DNA of 61,665 nucleotides, counting the filler, from Deltaproteobacteria bacterium (lineage in GTDB: Bacteria > JAUYMQ01), in NCBI GenBank assembly GCA_030698575.1. It is 11 parts of 11 records of this genome, joined end to end, with 100 filler letters (N's around TTAATTAATTAA, not from the genome) between each part and the next. Parts side by side here need not be neighbours in the genome. Positions count along the whole stretch, not along the records: positions 12,718 to 24,421 come from JAUYMQ010000594.1; positions 24,522 to 28,875 come from JAUYMQ010000603.1; positions 28,976 to 32,180 come from JAUYMQ010000605.1; 8 more parts are not named here. The stretch is one strand, 5' to 3'. How positions within the stretch are numbered: position 1 is the first letter of the stretch; each line of letters opens with the position of its first letter. The translations under genes were made by a program, and so were the position numbers. Of this stretch, positions 18,583 through 29,098 are shown piece by piece. Below the pieces are notes generated by a model, which worked only from the letters and a program-made list of their open reading frames with translations, had not been told where the DNA came from and did no database searches.

Positions 18583-20101
18583 TCACCGCCTTCTCCGACA
18601 GCTGCCCTGAGGGGCCCTGGATGGAGTGCAGGATCGACATGATGCCCGTGTAGGTGAAGCCCACCGTGTAGATCGCGAGGAACGGGCCGATCAGGTACTT
18701 CCCGCTGTCGAGGTAGAGGAGGAACCCGGCGAAGCAGTACGCCCCCATCAACAGCTCGAGCAGAAAGACCGGGCGAAGCGGCATCCGGTACTTGCGGTCG
18801 TCCACCTTGTCACCCTTCATCAGGATGTTGAGCTTGGGCGTGCGAACGAACTCTGACGGGCGGTTGAACAGCGCCTCGAGCACCGCCTTGGTGTTGCTCA
18901 GGGCGATCCCGGTCCCGATGAACATCAACGCGGGAATGAAGGCAATCTTCCGGCGCCAGTTCTCGGGGTTGAGTGTCCGCTGTGAAAACATGTAGAGCGA
19001 CGAGGGCCCCGTGGTCGCAATCAGCAGAAGGAATACCAGCAGCCCGAAAGCAAGGGGCGTAAAGTTTATCTCGAAGTACCGCAGCATCGGGATCGACAGT
19101 AACGCCACGGTCACCATGAGCGGGTGGACCATGTAGTGCGTCATGTGAACCACCGCCTGCACCTTCCGCCGCAGGGGTTCATCGGTCGAGAAGAGCATGG
19201 GCAGGATCTTCTTGGCAGTCTGGATCGACCCCTTGGCCCACCGGTGCTGCTGGGATTTGAAGGCGTTGATGTCCACCGGGATCTCGGCAGGCGTGCACAC
19301 GTTGTGGAGGAAATGCATCTTCCAGCCGGCCAGCTGGGCGCGGTAGGAAAGGTCCATGTCCTCGGTGAGCGTGTCGGCCTGCCACCCGCCAGCCGATTCG
19401 ATGGTTTCCTTCCGCCAGATCCCCGCCGTTCCGTTGAAATTCATGAACAGGTTTCCCCAGGCGCGACCTGCCTGCTCGACGACGAAGTGCCCGTCGATCC
19501 CCAGCGACTGCGCGAGGGTCAGGAAGGAGTAATCCGCGTTCACGTGGCTCCAGCGGGTCTGCACAAGCCCGATCTTTGGGTTCGAGAAGTAGGGGACGGT
19601 CTTGTAGAGAAAGTCTTTCGGAGGCATGAAATCGGCGTCGAAGATGGCGATAAACTCGCCGCGGCACCGCTCCATCCCGAACTTCAGGGCGCCCGCCTTG
19701 TAGCCTTCCCGGGTGGGACGCGTGATGTGGTGGACATCGTGCCCCATCTCCCGGTAGCGATCGACGATCTTGACCACGAGGTCCTTCGTCTCGTCCGTCG
19801 AATCGTCTAGAACCTGGATCTCGACCTTGCCTGGCGCGTAGTCGATGTTGCAGGCGGAGCGGATGAGCCGCTCCACGACGTACTGTTCGTTGTAGATCGG
19901 CAGCTGGATGGTGACGAGCGGAAGATTCTCGTAGGACTTGTCGTTCCAGTACTCCCGAACGACGGCCTCGTCGTTCTGCTCCGAGCGCCGGCGATTCTTC
20001 ACAAACTGATAGACGAGGTAGTAGCTGTTCACGCCGTAGAGAAACAGCAGGATCACCGCCAGGCCATACACGGCGAATAGTGGGTATATCAGAACTCCCA
20101 T
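18575..20101 (-). CDS. Processive GT2 glycosyltransferase (cellulose-synthase-like, CslA-type)
   Basis: QVLDDSTD, KAGAL, FDADF, TED, QQHRWAKG (D,D,D,QxxRW), FVRTPK. Confidence 0.9.
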   Translation of the reverse strand: MGVLIYPLFAVYGLAVILLFLYGVNSYYLVYQFVKNRRRSEQNDEAVVREYWNDKSYENLPLVTIQLPIYNEQYVVERLIRSACNIDYAPGKVEIQVLDDSTDETKDLVVKIVDRYREMGHDVHHITRPTREGYKAGALKFGMERCRGEFIAIFDADFMPPKDFLYKTVPYFSNPKIGLVQTRWSHVNADYSFLTLAQSLGIDGHFVVEQAGRAWGNLFMNFNGTAGIWRKETIESAGGWQADTLTEDMDLSYRAQLAGWKMHFLHNVCTPAEIPVDINAFKSQQHRWAKGSIQTAKKILPMLFSTDEPLRRKVQAVVHMTHYMVHPLMVTVALLSIPMLRYFEINFTPLAFGLLVFLLLIATTGPSSLYMFSQRTLNPENWRRKIAFIPALMFIGTGIALSNTKAVLEALFNRPSEFVRTPKLNILMKGDKVDDRKYRMPLRPVFLLELLMGAYCFAGFLLYLDSGKYLIGPFLAIYTVGFTYTGIMSILHSIQGPSGQLSEKAVNA

Positions 20102-20207
20102 GCGAGCGACCTTCCAGACCGGCTCATTGCTATTTTGCGCGCGGATCGTTCCTGGGGCCCAAAGGGCTCACCGGAGCATCCGCAGGCCGTGCGAGCCTTT
20201 TGCACGG

Positions 20208-20960
20208 CTAGCGCGCCATCAGGCCGTACCTGAAGATCGTCATCACGATCTTGGCTCCGGCCCGAAGAGAACCGCCGACGGTTCCCGAGATCTTCGACTG
20301 CCCGATCCGCTTTCGATAGCTGACCGGCACTTCCTTTACACGAAGGCCCTTGCGGAGGGCCTTGATCTGCATCTCCACCGTCCACCCGAAAGTCGCATCA
20401 CGCATCCCCAGCGCATCGAAGCTCGACCGGCGGATGGCCCTGAAGGGTCCCAGGTCGGTGTAGTTGAACTTCCAGAAAATCTGAATGAGGAACGTCGCGA
20501 GCTTGTTCCCCCAGTAGGCCTGGGGTAACAGGGCCCTCCGGCTCGCGCTCTTGATCACCCGTGAGCCGATGACCAGGTCGGCCTCCCCTTGAAGAACGGG
20601 CCGCACGAGATCTTCGAGCTCCTCCGGGAAGTCGCTGTAGTCCCCATCCAGGAAGACGATGACGTCGGTGCGGGGATCCAGCGCGTCGATGCCCGCCAGG
20701 CACGCGGCGCCATAGCCGCGCCGCGGCTGTCGGACGACCCGGGCCCCCGCGCGCTCTGCGACGACCGCCGAGTCGTCGGCGCTCCCGTTGTCCACCACGA
20801 TCACCTGTTCGACGATATCCCCGGGCAGGTCACGCAGCACCAGACCGATTGACTCCCGCTCGTTCAGGACAGGGATGATAACGGAAACGAACGCCCCTCC
20901 CGCCTCCCGCTCGGCGGGGGCATCGGAGGGTGCGTGGCTTGTCGGGCGATTAGAGATCAT
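20208..20960 (-). CDS. GT2 glycosyltransferase (DPM/DPG synthase-like); start uncertain
   Basis: IIPVLNE, VVDNGSAD, GYGAAC, FLDGD, TDLGPFRAI, GWTVEMQ. Confidence 0.9.
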   Translation of the reverse strand: MISNRPTSHAPSDAPAEREAGGAFVSVIIPVLNERESIGLVLRDLPGDIVEQVIVVDNGSADDSAVVAERAGARVVRQPRRGYGAACLAGIDALDPRTDVIVFLDGDYSDFPEELEDLVRPVLQGEADLVIGSRVIKSASRRALLPQAYWGNKLATFLIQIFWKFNYTDLGPFRAIRRSSFDALGMRDATFGWTVEMQIKALRKGLRVKEVPVSYRKRIGQSKISGTVGGSLRAGAKIVMTIFRYGLMAR

Positions 20961-21287
20961 TGGGTGGTCAGCGGGCCGATCAGCAGGCAAAAATTAACGG
21001 CCCCAGCTCCCTTGCATCATTTTCCAACATGACGCCAGGTGAGGACGGGCCGAAAACGGGGGTATCTGCTTAAGTCCCCGGATTTCAAGCAACTCCGTGG
21101 CCTGCTGCGCGAGTTGGTACCGCATTCGGGGGGCGCTGTCAACGACACTGCTCCGCCCCTCTCCTGGTTACACGGCCCCCTAGACTGCCCCCTCCCCGGT
21201 TCATTCGACGGCAAACCCTTTTTTCCGAAGGGTCCTCCCCCAGGCGGCCATGCCCCCGCGGGGTGTTCGGCGGCGGCCCCTGGACCT

Positions 21288-22076
21288 TCAGGCCCGCCGT
21301 CTTCCCCCCGCAGCGGCCCCTTCACGAGACGATTTTTCGAGTTGCACCGCAATTTCGTTCCGGACCACCCCGGCGAACTCGTGCTTCTGCTCGAGGGTGA
21401 AGCCGGCCGGGGAGATCGGAGGGTGGACAATCATCTCCACCGTCCCCGGCTGGAAGAGCAGGCTGCGCTTGCGCATGATGTCGTGGGTTCCGACCAGGCT
21501 CACGGGCAGGACCTGAAGGCCGGTCTGGATCGAGAGGACGAACGCGCCCACCTTGAACCGTTTGATCTCGCCGTCCGGGCTGCGGGTTCCTTCGGGGAAG
21601 AACATGATCGACGCCCCCTTCCCGACCCGCCCTTTCGCCTCGAAAACGCTGGCCCAGGCTCGCTCCTTGTCTTCCCGATCGACCCGCACGTAGCCGATTC
21701 GTCGCATGCCCCACCCCATGAAGGGAATCTGGAAAAGTTCCTTCTTGGCGACCCAGCGGAAGTGAAGCGGCATGAAAGCGGAGACCACGAGAATGTCGAA
21801 GTTGCTCAGGTGGTTGGCGACGATGACGTAGGACTCGCCGGGCGTGAGGTGCTCCAGGCCGGTTACCCGGGCGCGAACGCCGACCACGGCGAGGATCGTG
21901 CGGCCCCAGGCCCGCGTCGCGAGGATGTGACCGAGCCGGCCGGTTCGGTCGAAGTACGAGCTGACGACCGCGACCATGGCGAAGAAAAAGGTGCTGACAA
22001 ATACGAAGAGCCACCCGAAGGCCGAGAAGAGGCACATCTTCAGGTAACGGAGAGGCGGGATTCGTTGCTCAGGCAT
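21288..22076 (-). CDS. Lysophospholipid acyltransferase (PlsC family)
   Basis: NHLSNFD (HxxxxD), FPEGTRS; GGAGG RBS before MPEQ. Confidence 0.92.
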   Translation of the reverse strand: MPEQRIPPLRYLKMCLFSAFGWLFVFVSTFFFAMVAVVSSYFDRTGRLGHILATRAWGRTILAVVGVRARVTGLEHLTPGESYVIVANHLSNFDILVVSAFMPLHFRWVAKKELFQIPFMGWGMRRIGYVRVDREDKERAWASVFEAKGRVGKGASIMFFPEGTRSPDGEIKRFKVGAFVLSIQTGLQVLPVSLVGTHDIMRKRSLLFQPGTVEMIVHPPISPAGFTLEQKHEFAGVVRNEIAVQLEKSSREGAAAGGRRRA

Positions 22077-22144
22077 GACCGTCCTCCCATTGCTGGCCAC
22101 TGCTGGCTTCTACTGGCCAATGCTGGCCACTGCTGGAAGGAAGC

Positions 22145-22954
22145 TCAACCCGCGATCGGTCCCGGGAACGGCGGGAAGAGACTCAGCAGGATCACGATGC
22201 CACAACATATATCCCACTGCCACGTGCGTCGCGGAAAATTGAAGAAGACCCAGTTCAGGACCGGGTTCTGAAACGACGTGCTGGTTGGGGGCGCCCCGGC
22301 GGTGCCGGCGCCTTTCTCGGCGTCGATCCTGTGAAGCTCGGTCCGGAAATGAATGATGCGGCGGAGCACCGTCAGGTGGCTCAGAACCGCGATGAGCCAC
22401 ATAGCCATATAGATATGATTGGCGGCGCCCGCGATTATAAGAAGAACGGTGCGTTCAGCCCGCTCCATGTAGCCCACGTGACAATCGGGAATGATGTTCT
22501 CTGCCCGGGCGCGCACGTAGCTCGTGAGAACCGAGCCCATCAGGGCCACGGAAGTCAGGATGAAGTAGAGGTGCCGCTGCCCCTCCAGATCCCTCCCTTC
22601 GCCGAAGGCGAAGTGGAACGCGATGCCCGTGAAGATGACGATGTCCGAGAACCGATCAATCGTGGAGTCGAAAAAGGCCCCGAAGCTCGTGACCTTGTGG
22701 GCTTTCCGGGCATAGGCCCCGTCGAGCACGTCGAACATCCCCGCGAGAAAAATCACCGCCGCACCCGACCGCGGGTATCCGCAGGCCAGCGCGATGGCGG
22801 CGACCACGTTGATCCCGAATCCGATGGCCGTAAGTGTGTTCGGATTGACGTCCGCCTGCATGAGCTGCCGCACGTGCATGTCGCGCCACGCGCTGAAGAA
22901 GGCGGAGATGGGCCTCGAGGGAAGCCAGGCGGGCTGGGTGGAAGGTTCGCTCAT
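22145..22954 (-). CDS. CDP-alcohol phosphatidyltransferase (PIP/AIP-synthase-like)
   Basis: PNTLT, DVLDGAYAR...GAFFDSTIDR, SYVRARAE, ERAER. Confidence 0.88.
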   Translation of the reverse strand: MSEPSTQPAWLPSRPISAFFSAWRDMHVRQLMQADVNPNTLTAIGFGINVVAAIALACGYPRSGAAVIFLAGMFDVLDGAYARKAHKVTSFGAFFDSTIDRFSDIVIFTGIAFHFAFGEGRDLEGQRHLYFILTSVALMGSVLTSYVRARAENIIPDCHVGYMERAERTVLLIIAGAANHIYMAMWLIAVLSHLTVLRRIIHFRTELHRIDAEKGAGTAGAPPTSTSFQNPVLNWVFFNFPRRTWQWDICCGIVILLSLFPPFPGPIAG

Positions 22955-23178
22955 AACAGGGATTGCGCCGGTCTCGAGGCTAACTGCCGTGCCCCGGTGA
23001 TCGCAAGCAAGAAGGACCCCTAACGGGCCGGCCAATGTTATCAGCCCACCCCCGCCTGTCAATGTGCTGGAAAACCGTGCTCGCAAACCGTGGTCGCAAA
23101 CCGTGCCCGCAAAGCGTGCGCACGGAGCGGGCGTGCCGGCGGGCCCCTCCCGCAACCGGCGTGATGGCGAACACCGCG

Positions 23179-23481
23179 TCAGACGGGTCGCGTGCTGTCG
23201 GCGAGGAGCTCCTTCTTGCGGCGTGAGATGAGCACGAGATTTCTGAGATAGATGACGAGCCCCGCTCCCTGCCCGAGAATGAACACCGGGTCCTTCCGGT
23301 GGATCGCGTAGACAAGGAGCATCGAGCCCCCGACGAGGCTCAGGTACCAGAAGGGAACGGGAATCACGCTCTCCCGCTTCGCCTCCGAGACGACCCATTG
23401 AACGATAAAGCGGGCCGAAAAGGCGAGCTGGCCGGCAAATCCGACGACAAGCCACACTTGCGGGATGTCGAACCAGTTCAT
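23179..23481 (-). CDS. Lipid-A-disaccharide synthase N-terminal (LAB_N) domain membrane protein
   Basis: GQLAFSARFIVQW..SE..S.IP..FWYLS, DPVFILGQ, IYLRNL. Confidence 0.88.
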   Translation of the reverse strand: MNWFDIPQVWLVVGFAGQLAFSARFIVQWVVSEAKRESVIPVPFWYLSLVGGSMLLVYAIHRKDPVFILGQGAGLVIYLRNLVLISRRKKELLADSTRPV

Positions 23482-23494
23482 CGGGCTTTTCCTT

Positions 23495-24268
23495 TCAAGA
23501 GCGTGTTTGCCTGTCCGGGCCGCCGCCTTCCTCGGACTTTATCCGGTAGCGGAGGAGGCGCGACTTCATCCAGCGGATTGCGAGCAGGTCGTGAAAGGAC
23601 CTGAAGACGCGATTTCCGATCCCGTACTTTGAATCGCCCGCGTGCCGCGGAAGATGATTGACAGGAACCTCCATCACGGTGAAGCCCTCCATCTTGAGGA
23701 GGGTGGGAAGAAATCGATGGAGCCCGTTGTACAGCTTGAGCCGTTCGAGATGCGCGCGCCGGAACCCCTTCAGCGAGCAGCCGGTGTCGCGAATCGTCTC
23801 CTGTGAGAGCGCGTTTCGCACCCCGTTGGCGATCTTCGAGGAAAAGCGCCGCACCACGGAATCCATCCGCTTCACGCGCCATCCGCAGACGGCATCGGCG
23901 TCCTTCATGGCGTCGAGAATCTTCGGGATGTCGGCGGGATCGTTCTGCAGATCGGCATCCAGCGTCACGACGAATTCGCCCCGGGCCTTGCGGAAGCCCG
24001 CGTCGAAGGCCGCGGTCTGCCCGGCGTTTCGCTCAAACGTGACGACACGCACGCGGGGGTCTGACGATGCGAGCTCATGAAGGATCTCCGGACTCCGATC
24101 CGATGAGCCGTCGTCGATGAAGAGAATCTCGTAGGAGAAACCAATTCCTGCGAGGGCGGCCAGGAGCCTCTCGTGCAGCGGCTCGAGGTTCCCTTCCTCG
24201 TTGTAGACGGGAATCACGACGGAGAGCCGGGGATTGCCAGGATTTGGAGAGCCGGGCCGGTTCGACAA
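23495..24268 (-). CDS. GT2 polyprenol-phosphate glycosyltransferase (ArnC/Ppm1-like); start uncertain
   Basis: VVIPVYNEE, DDGSSD, GQTAA, LDADLQNDP, DTGCSLK, HRFLP. Confidence 0.9.
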   Translation of the reverse strand: MSNRPGSPNPGNPRLSVVIPVYNEEGNLEPLHERLLAALAGIGFSYEILFIDDGSSDRSPEILHELASSDPRVRVVTFERNAGQTAAFDAGFRKARGEFVVTLDADLQNDPADIPKILDAMKDADAVCGWRVKRMDSVVRRFSSKIANGVRNALSQETIRDTGCSLKGFRRAHLERLKLYNGLHRFLPTLLKMEGFTVMEVPVNHLPRHAGDSKYGIGNRVFRSFHDLLAIRWMKSRLLRYRIKSEEGGGPDRQTRS

Positions 24269-24521
24269 GCTCCCACCCCCATTCAGCGGGGCGAGCGCAG
24301 CGGCCGCCCCATTTCCGCGTGAACGCGCGGCAAGGTAGCACCGGGCCCGTGGAGCGTCAAACAAACGGCGGGCCGGGAGAGTTCAGCGCGCGCGCTGCCT
24401 CCTGCAAAAACAACTCCACCTNNNNNNNNNNNNNNNNNNNNNNNNNNNNNNNNNNNNNNNNNNNNTTAATTAATTAANNNNNNNNNNNNNNNNNNNNNNN
24501 NNNNNNNNNNNNNNNNNNNNN

Positions 24522-25363
24522 GGCAGGAACTTCATGAATCCGTAGGGTTTCGTGGCCGCCGCGTCGATCACCTCCCAGACGTCTATGCCCAGCTTGCCGC
24601 ACATGATGGCGACCTCATTGGCGAGCCCGATATTGATCGCGCGGAAGGTGTTCTCGAGGAGCTTCACCATCTCGGCGGACTGGCTGGAGGAGACGGGGAA
24701 GACCTCTTTCACGATCTTTCCGAACAGCAGATGGGTGAGGCGCGTGCAGTTGGGCGTAATTCCGCCCACGACCTTCGCGACCTTCCAGAGCGGGAACTGC
24801 TTGTTCCCCGGATCGATCCGCTCGGGGGAGTAGGAAAGGAAAAATTCCCGCCCCACGCGGAGACCCGAATCCTCGAGCATCGGCAGGAACAGTTCGTAGG
24901 TGGTGCCCGGGTAGGTCGTGCTGCCGAGGATGATGAGCTGCCCGGGCCGGAGGCGCTTGTTGATCTCCTCGACGGCCGAAAGAATGTAGGAGACGTCCGG
25001 ATCCTTGGTCTTCTTGAGCGGCGTGGGGACGCAGATGTTGATTGCATCGCACGTTTCAAGTTCGGCGAAATCGATGGTGGCGCGCAGGGCGCCCCTCTTG
25101 ACGACCGTCGCGAGGGCGGCATCCTCGATGTCTAGGTTGTAGCTCTCGCCCGCGTTGATCCGCCTAACCTTCTCCGCGTCGAGATCGAAGCCGATGACCT
25201 CGAAACCAATCTTCGCAAACTCGAGCGCGAGGGGAAGCCCGACGTAGCCGAGCCCGATCACCCCGATCCGCGCGGTCTTTGCCTCGATGGCCGCATGCAG
25301 CGTCGTGTACGAGTCCTTCCCCCGGCGCGCAGGCTTTTTCGTGGCCTTCTTCCCGCCCTTCAT
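24522..25363 (-). CDS. Nucleotide-sugar dehydrogenase (UDP-GlcNAc/ManNAc 6-dehydrogenase family), 3' truncated
   Basis: GLGYVGLP, CVPTP, STTYPGTT, SPERIDPGN, AEMVKLLENTFR. Confidence 0.92.
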
Positions 25364-25956
25364 GATCTTCCTTCCAGCGTAAGATCAGCTTGCGCGTAAG
25401 ACCGGATGTAGGTGTAGCCGGACCAGAGCGTCAGAACCACCGCCAGGTAGAGAACCCACTGCCCGATACGGATGAGATCGATGGGCTTGTCCCAGGCCAG
25501 GATCAGGCACGTGATGGCGAAGTACTGAACGAAGCTCTTGTGCTTCCCCCAGGAGGACGCAGCCATGACGTGCCCCTGGCTCGAGGCGATGCCCCGGAGG
25601 CTTGTCACGGCCAGTTCCCTGCCGATGATCACGACCGCTGCCCATGCGGGCACCCGGTCGAGCGGGATCATCATGATGAGCGCGCTTGCCACCAGCAGCT
25701 TGTCGGCGAGCGGATCAAGGAATTTGCCGAGTGACGTCACGTTGTTGAAGCGGCGGGCCAGCCAGCCGTCGACCAAGTCGGTCGTCCAGCCCAGCGCGAA
25801 GATCGCGGCGCCGACGGTGTTCCAGAAGGGATCGTCCCACCTGAGCGTGATCATGAGCAGCGGAACGAGAGCTATTCGCCCCAGGGTCACGCGGTTGGGG
25901 AGAGATGACAGTTCTGCGCGAAGGGTGCTGTTCACGGCGCTCGCCGGGGCTTCCAT
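25360..25956 (-). CDS. pgsA: CDP-diacylglycerol--glycerol-3-phosphate 3-phosphatidyltransferase
   Basis: LPNRVTLGR, TDLVDGWLAR...LGKFLDPLADK, GRE..V..LR. Confidence 0.9.
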   Translation of the reverse strand: MEAPASAVNSTLRAELSSLPNRVTLGRIALVPLLMITLRWDDPFWNTVGAAIFALGWTTDLVDGWLARRFNNVTSLGKFLDPLADKLLVASALIMMIPLDRVPAWAAVVIIGRELAVTSLRGIASSQGHVMAASSWGKHKSFVQYFAITCLILAWDKPIDLIRIGQWVLYLAVVLTLWSGYTYIRSYAQADLTLEGRS

Positions 25957-25985
25957 GAGACCTGCCGTAGGGGCGGGGGGTGGGT

Positions 25986-26639
25986 TTAAGGGCTTTCCAC
26001 GCGGGCTGGACGCGCCCGTGTTCTGAAGAGCCGGTAAAAGTGCTGAACACGACGCACGTAAGTCTGCGTTTCTTCATAGGGCGGGATGTCGCCGTATCGA
26101 ACGACGGCGTTCTCCCCCGCGTTGTAGGCTGCCAGGCTCAGGTCGAGATTGCCGTCGAACATGCCGAGCAGCTGCTTCAGGTAGCGCGATCCCCCTTCGA
26201 TGTTGGCCCTGGGGTCCAGGATGTCCCCCACGCCCATCCGGTAAGCGGTCTCGGGCATGAGCTGCATGAGCCCCATGGCCCCCTTCGTGCTGACCGCGTA
26301 GGGATCGAAGTCCGACTCCGCCTTGATCACCGCCAGCACCAGCGCGGGATCGAGCCCGAACTGTTCGGCGACGGCGTGGACCGTGGGACTGAACCGATCG
26401 TAGGAAGCCGATGAACCCAGACTCCGGCGGACCGTCTTGTAGCGGCCCGAGTAGCTCCTGACCTTCTTGAAGCCCGAGGCCTGGGGGGTGTCGGTGAAAT
26501 AGGGTACGCCGTTCAAGTACTTAACGTATACGTTGTCGACAGCCATTATAGGGGAGGCCTGAATCGCAGACAACCCCAAAGCCAGAACAGTCACGAGTCC
26601 CTGGAGAACCCACCTGAACCATCCTGTCGAACCCGCCAT
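25986..26639 (-). CDS. Soluble lytic transglycosylase (SLT domain)
   Basis: AES, GAMGLMQLMP, AAYNAGE, PPYEETQ.YV. Confidence 0.92.
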   Translation of the reverse strand: MAGSTGWFRWVLQGLVTVLALGLSAIQASPIMAVDNVYVKYLNGVPYFTDTPQASGFKKVRSYSGRYKTVRRSLGSSASYDRFSPTVHAVAEQFGLDPALVLAVIKAESDFDPYAVSTKGAMGLMQLMPETAYRMGVGDILDPRANIEGGSRYLKQLLGMFDGNLDLSLAAYNAGENAVVRYGDIPPYEETQTYVRRVQHFYRLFRTRARPARVESP

Positions 26640-26915
26640 ACACGCTCCCCCCCAGCCGGCGCCGGGGCGCCGGGCCGAGAATTCGGTCCGGGATGACGAG
26701 CCCCCCGCCTCCCCCGTCCGCGGGCAGCGGATTTCTTGCTAGATTCCGGCGACACGGCTAGCATTGCAAACACTGGCCAGCGTCGGCGATATCCGGTCGC
26801 GGCGGTCGGCCACCGGAGGCTTCGTCGCCTTCCTTATCGGCATCCGGGCGGGATATTTGAGCCCGGCCCTCCCCTTCCCGGACCGTCGCCGGAGGGGGAC
26901 CCGGGGGTTGCGCCC

Positions 26916-28586
26916 ATGGTCGGTCAGTCGAAAATCCTCAGTGATTTCCTGGTGATCGGCAGCGGGATCGCCGGGCTCTCCTTTGCCCTCGGCGCCGCCG
27001 GCACGGGCACAGTGACTGTTCTAACCAAAAAGGACCGGAAGGAGTCGGCCACCAACTACGCGCAGGGCGGAATCGCCGCGGTGACCTCGGAGGAGGACTC
27101 CTTTGACGTTCACATCGGCGACACCCTGAGCGCGGGCGTGGGTCTGTGTCACGAGGACGCCGTGCGCCTCATGGTCACGCGGGGGCCGGACGCCATCGAG
27201 CGTCTGCTCGAGTGGGGGGTGGGATTCACGCCGCTCTCCGGGCCGGGCGGCGGGTGGGATCTCGGAAAGGAGGGCGGGCATACGAAGCGCCGCATCCTGC
27301 ACGCGCTCGATCAGACCGGCATCGAGATCGAGCGCGCCCTCGTCGCGGCGGTGACAGCACATCCGCGAATTCAGGTGCTCGAGTACCTGATCGCGATCGA
27401 TCTCATCACCTCCGCGAAGCTGGGGCGGGCGGGCGAGGATCGATGCCTGGGCGTCTATGCCCTCGATCCCGCCCGGGACGAGGTCGTGACGGTCCTGGCC
27501 CGGGCGACGCTCCTTGCCACGGGCGGCGCCGGAAAAGTCTACCTCTACACCTCCAACCCGGACATCTCCACGGGCGACGGCATCGCGATGGCCTATCGCG
27601 CCGGCGCCGTCGTGTCGAACATGGAGTTCATCCAGTTTCACCCCACCTGCCTCTACCACCCGCAGGCGAAGAACTTCCTCATCAGCGAAGCGGTTCGCGG
27701 CGAGGGGGGGGTTCTCAAGCGGGTCGACGGCACCGCCTTCATGAAGGACGTCCATCCGATGGCGGACCTCGCGCCGCGCGACATCGTGGCGCGCGCCATC
27801 GACCGCGAGCTCAAGGCGACGGGCGATGATCACGTCCTGATCGACGTCTCGCACAGGGGTGAGGAGTTCGTCGCGAAGCGGTTTCCCGGGATCCGGCAGC
27901 GTGTCCTCGAGTTCGGCTATGACATCGCGCGGGGGCCGATCCCGGTGGTGCCGGCCGCCCATTACGTTTGCGGAGGAGTGCGGGTCGATCTCGGGGGCGA
28001 GACATCGCTGCGGGGGCTCCTCGCCTGCGGCGAGACCGCATGCACGGGGGTCCACGGCGCAAATCGCCTGGCCTCGAACTCGCTCCTCGAAGCCGTGGTG
28101 TTCGCCGACGAGGCCGTCCGCCGGGCGGCGCAGCGCCTCCCCGATCTGCCCGCTCCGCCGGAGGACGTTCCGGACTGGGTTCCGGCGCCGGCGGTCGCCG
28201 AGCACGAGGCGGTGGTGGTCGCGCAGAACTGGGACGAGATTCGCCGCTTCATGTGGAACTACGTCGGGATCGTGAGAAGCGACAAGCGGCTGGCCAGGGC
28301 GCTTCACCGGATCGAGCTACTGCAGGAGGAGATCAACGAGTATTACTGGAACGCAAGCGTGACGCAGAACATCGTGGAGCTCCGGAACATCGCGACGGTG
28401 GCCGAGTTGATCATACGGTGCGCGATGGATCGGAAGGAGAGCCGCGGCCTTCATTACACGCTCGACAGCCCCGAGAGGGACGATGCGGGAGGGTTGCACG
28501 ACACGCTCATCGTCCTCGACCCGGACTCCCGCAAACCCCTCCTGACAGAAGGCCCCCTCACTTCGGGCCCCCTCCCCAGGCGCTGA
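26916..28586 (+). CDS. nadB: L-aspartate oxidase
   Basis: GSGIAGL, AQGGIA, EGGH, QFHPT, ISEAVRGEGG, HGANRLASNSLLE. Confidence 0.96.
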   Translation: MVGQSKILSDFLVIGSGIAGLSFALGAAGTGTVTVLTKKDRKESATNYAQGGIAAVTSEEDSFDVHIGDTLSAGVGLCHEDAVRLMVTRGPDAIERLLEWGVGFTPLSGPGGGWDLGKEGGHTKRRILHALDQTGIEIERALVAAVTAHPRIQVLEYLIAIDLITSAKLGRAGEDRCLGVYALDPARDEVVTVLARATLLATGGAGKVYLYTSNPDISTGDGIAMAYRAGAVVSNMEFIQFHPTCLYHPQAKNFLISEAVRGEGGVLKRVDGTAFMKDVHPMADLAPRDIVARAIDRELKATGDDHVLIDVSHRGEEFVAKRFPGIRQRVLEFGYDIARGPIPVVPAAHYVCGGVRVDLGGETSLRGLLACGETACTGVHGANRLASNSLLEAVVFADEAVRRAAQRLPDLPAPPEDVPDWVPAPAVAEHEAVVVAQNWDEIRRFMWNYVGIVRSDKRLARALHRIELLQEEINEYYWNASVTQNIVELRNIATVAELIIRCAMDRKESRGLHYTLDSPERDDAGGLHDTLIVLDPDSRKPLLTEGPLTSGPLPRR

Positions 28587-28602
28587 GATCGGCGGGACGG
28601 CG

Positions 28603-28875
28603 CTATTCCGGCTGGAAGAGGTTCAATTGCGGCGGCTGGGTCTCGTCGCGGATATCGACGGGATAGTTTCCGGTGAAGCAGGCGTCGCAATAGGTGTTGG
28701 CCGCAGAGGCCGCGACGGCGTGCATCCCCTCCACCGAGATGTAGCCCAGGCTGTCCGCCTGGATGAACCGGCTGATTTCCTCGATCGAGCTGGAGGACGC
28801 GATGAGCTCTTCCCGGTTAGGCGTGTCGATTCCGTAGTAGCAGGGATTGGTGGTGGGCGGCGCGGTGATCCGGAC
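28603..28875 (-). CDS. purF: Amidophosphoribosyltransferase, C-terminal fragment
   Basis: Manual translation [45 protein letters not shown]. Confidence 0.92.
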   Translation of the reverse strand, partial: VRITAPPTTNPCYYGIDTPNREELIASSSSIEEISRFIQADSLGYISVEGMHAVAASAANTYCDACFTGNYPVDIRDETQPPQLNLFQPE

Positions 28876-29098
28876 NNNNNNNNNNNNNNNNNNNNNNNNN
28901 NNNNNNNNNNNNNNNNNNNTTAATTAATTAANNNNNNNNNNNNNNNNNNNNNNNNNNNNNNNNNNNNNNNNNNNNCGGTGGACATGGCCGTGACGCTCAC
29001 GCAGGGGCGCACTCAGGTCAAGGCGCAGGTCACCGGCTCGAGTGGAGGCGCGCTCCGCGTGGTCCCCACCGACATCAAGTACCGGGAGCGGGGCGGGA

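Noticed and set aside
22087-22137. Degenerate 10-bp repeats (TGCTGGCCAC-like) as a CRISPR array or iterons
   Set aside because: The units are too short, with no spacers and no cas or rep gene nearby; this is a minisatellite.
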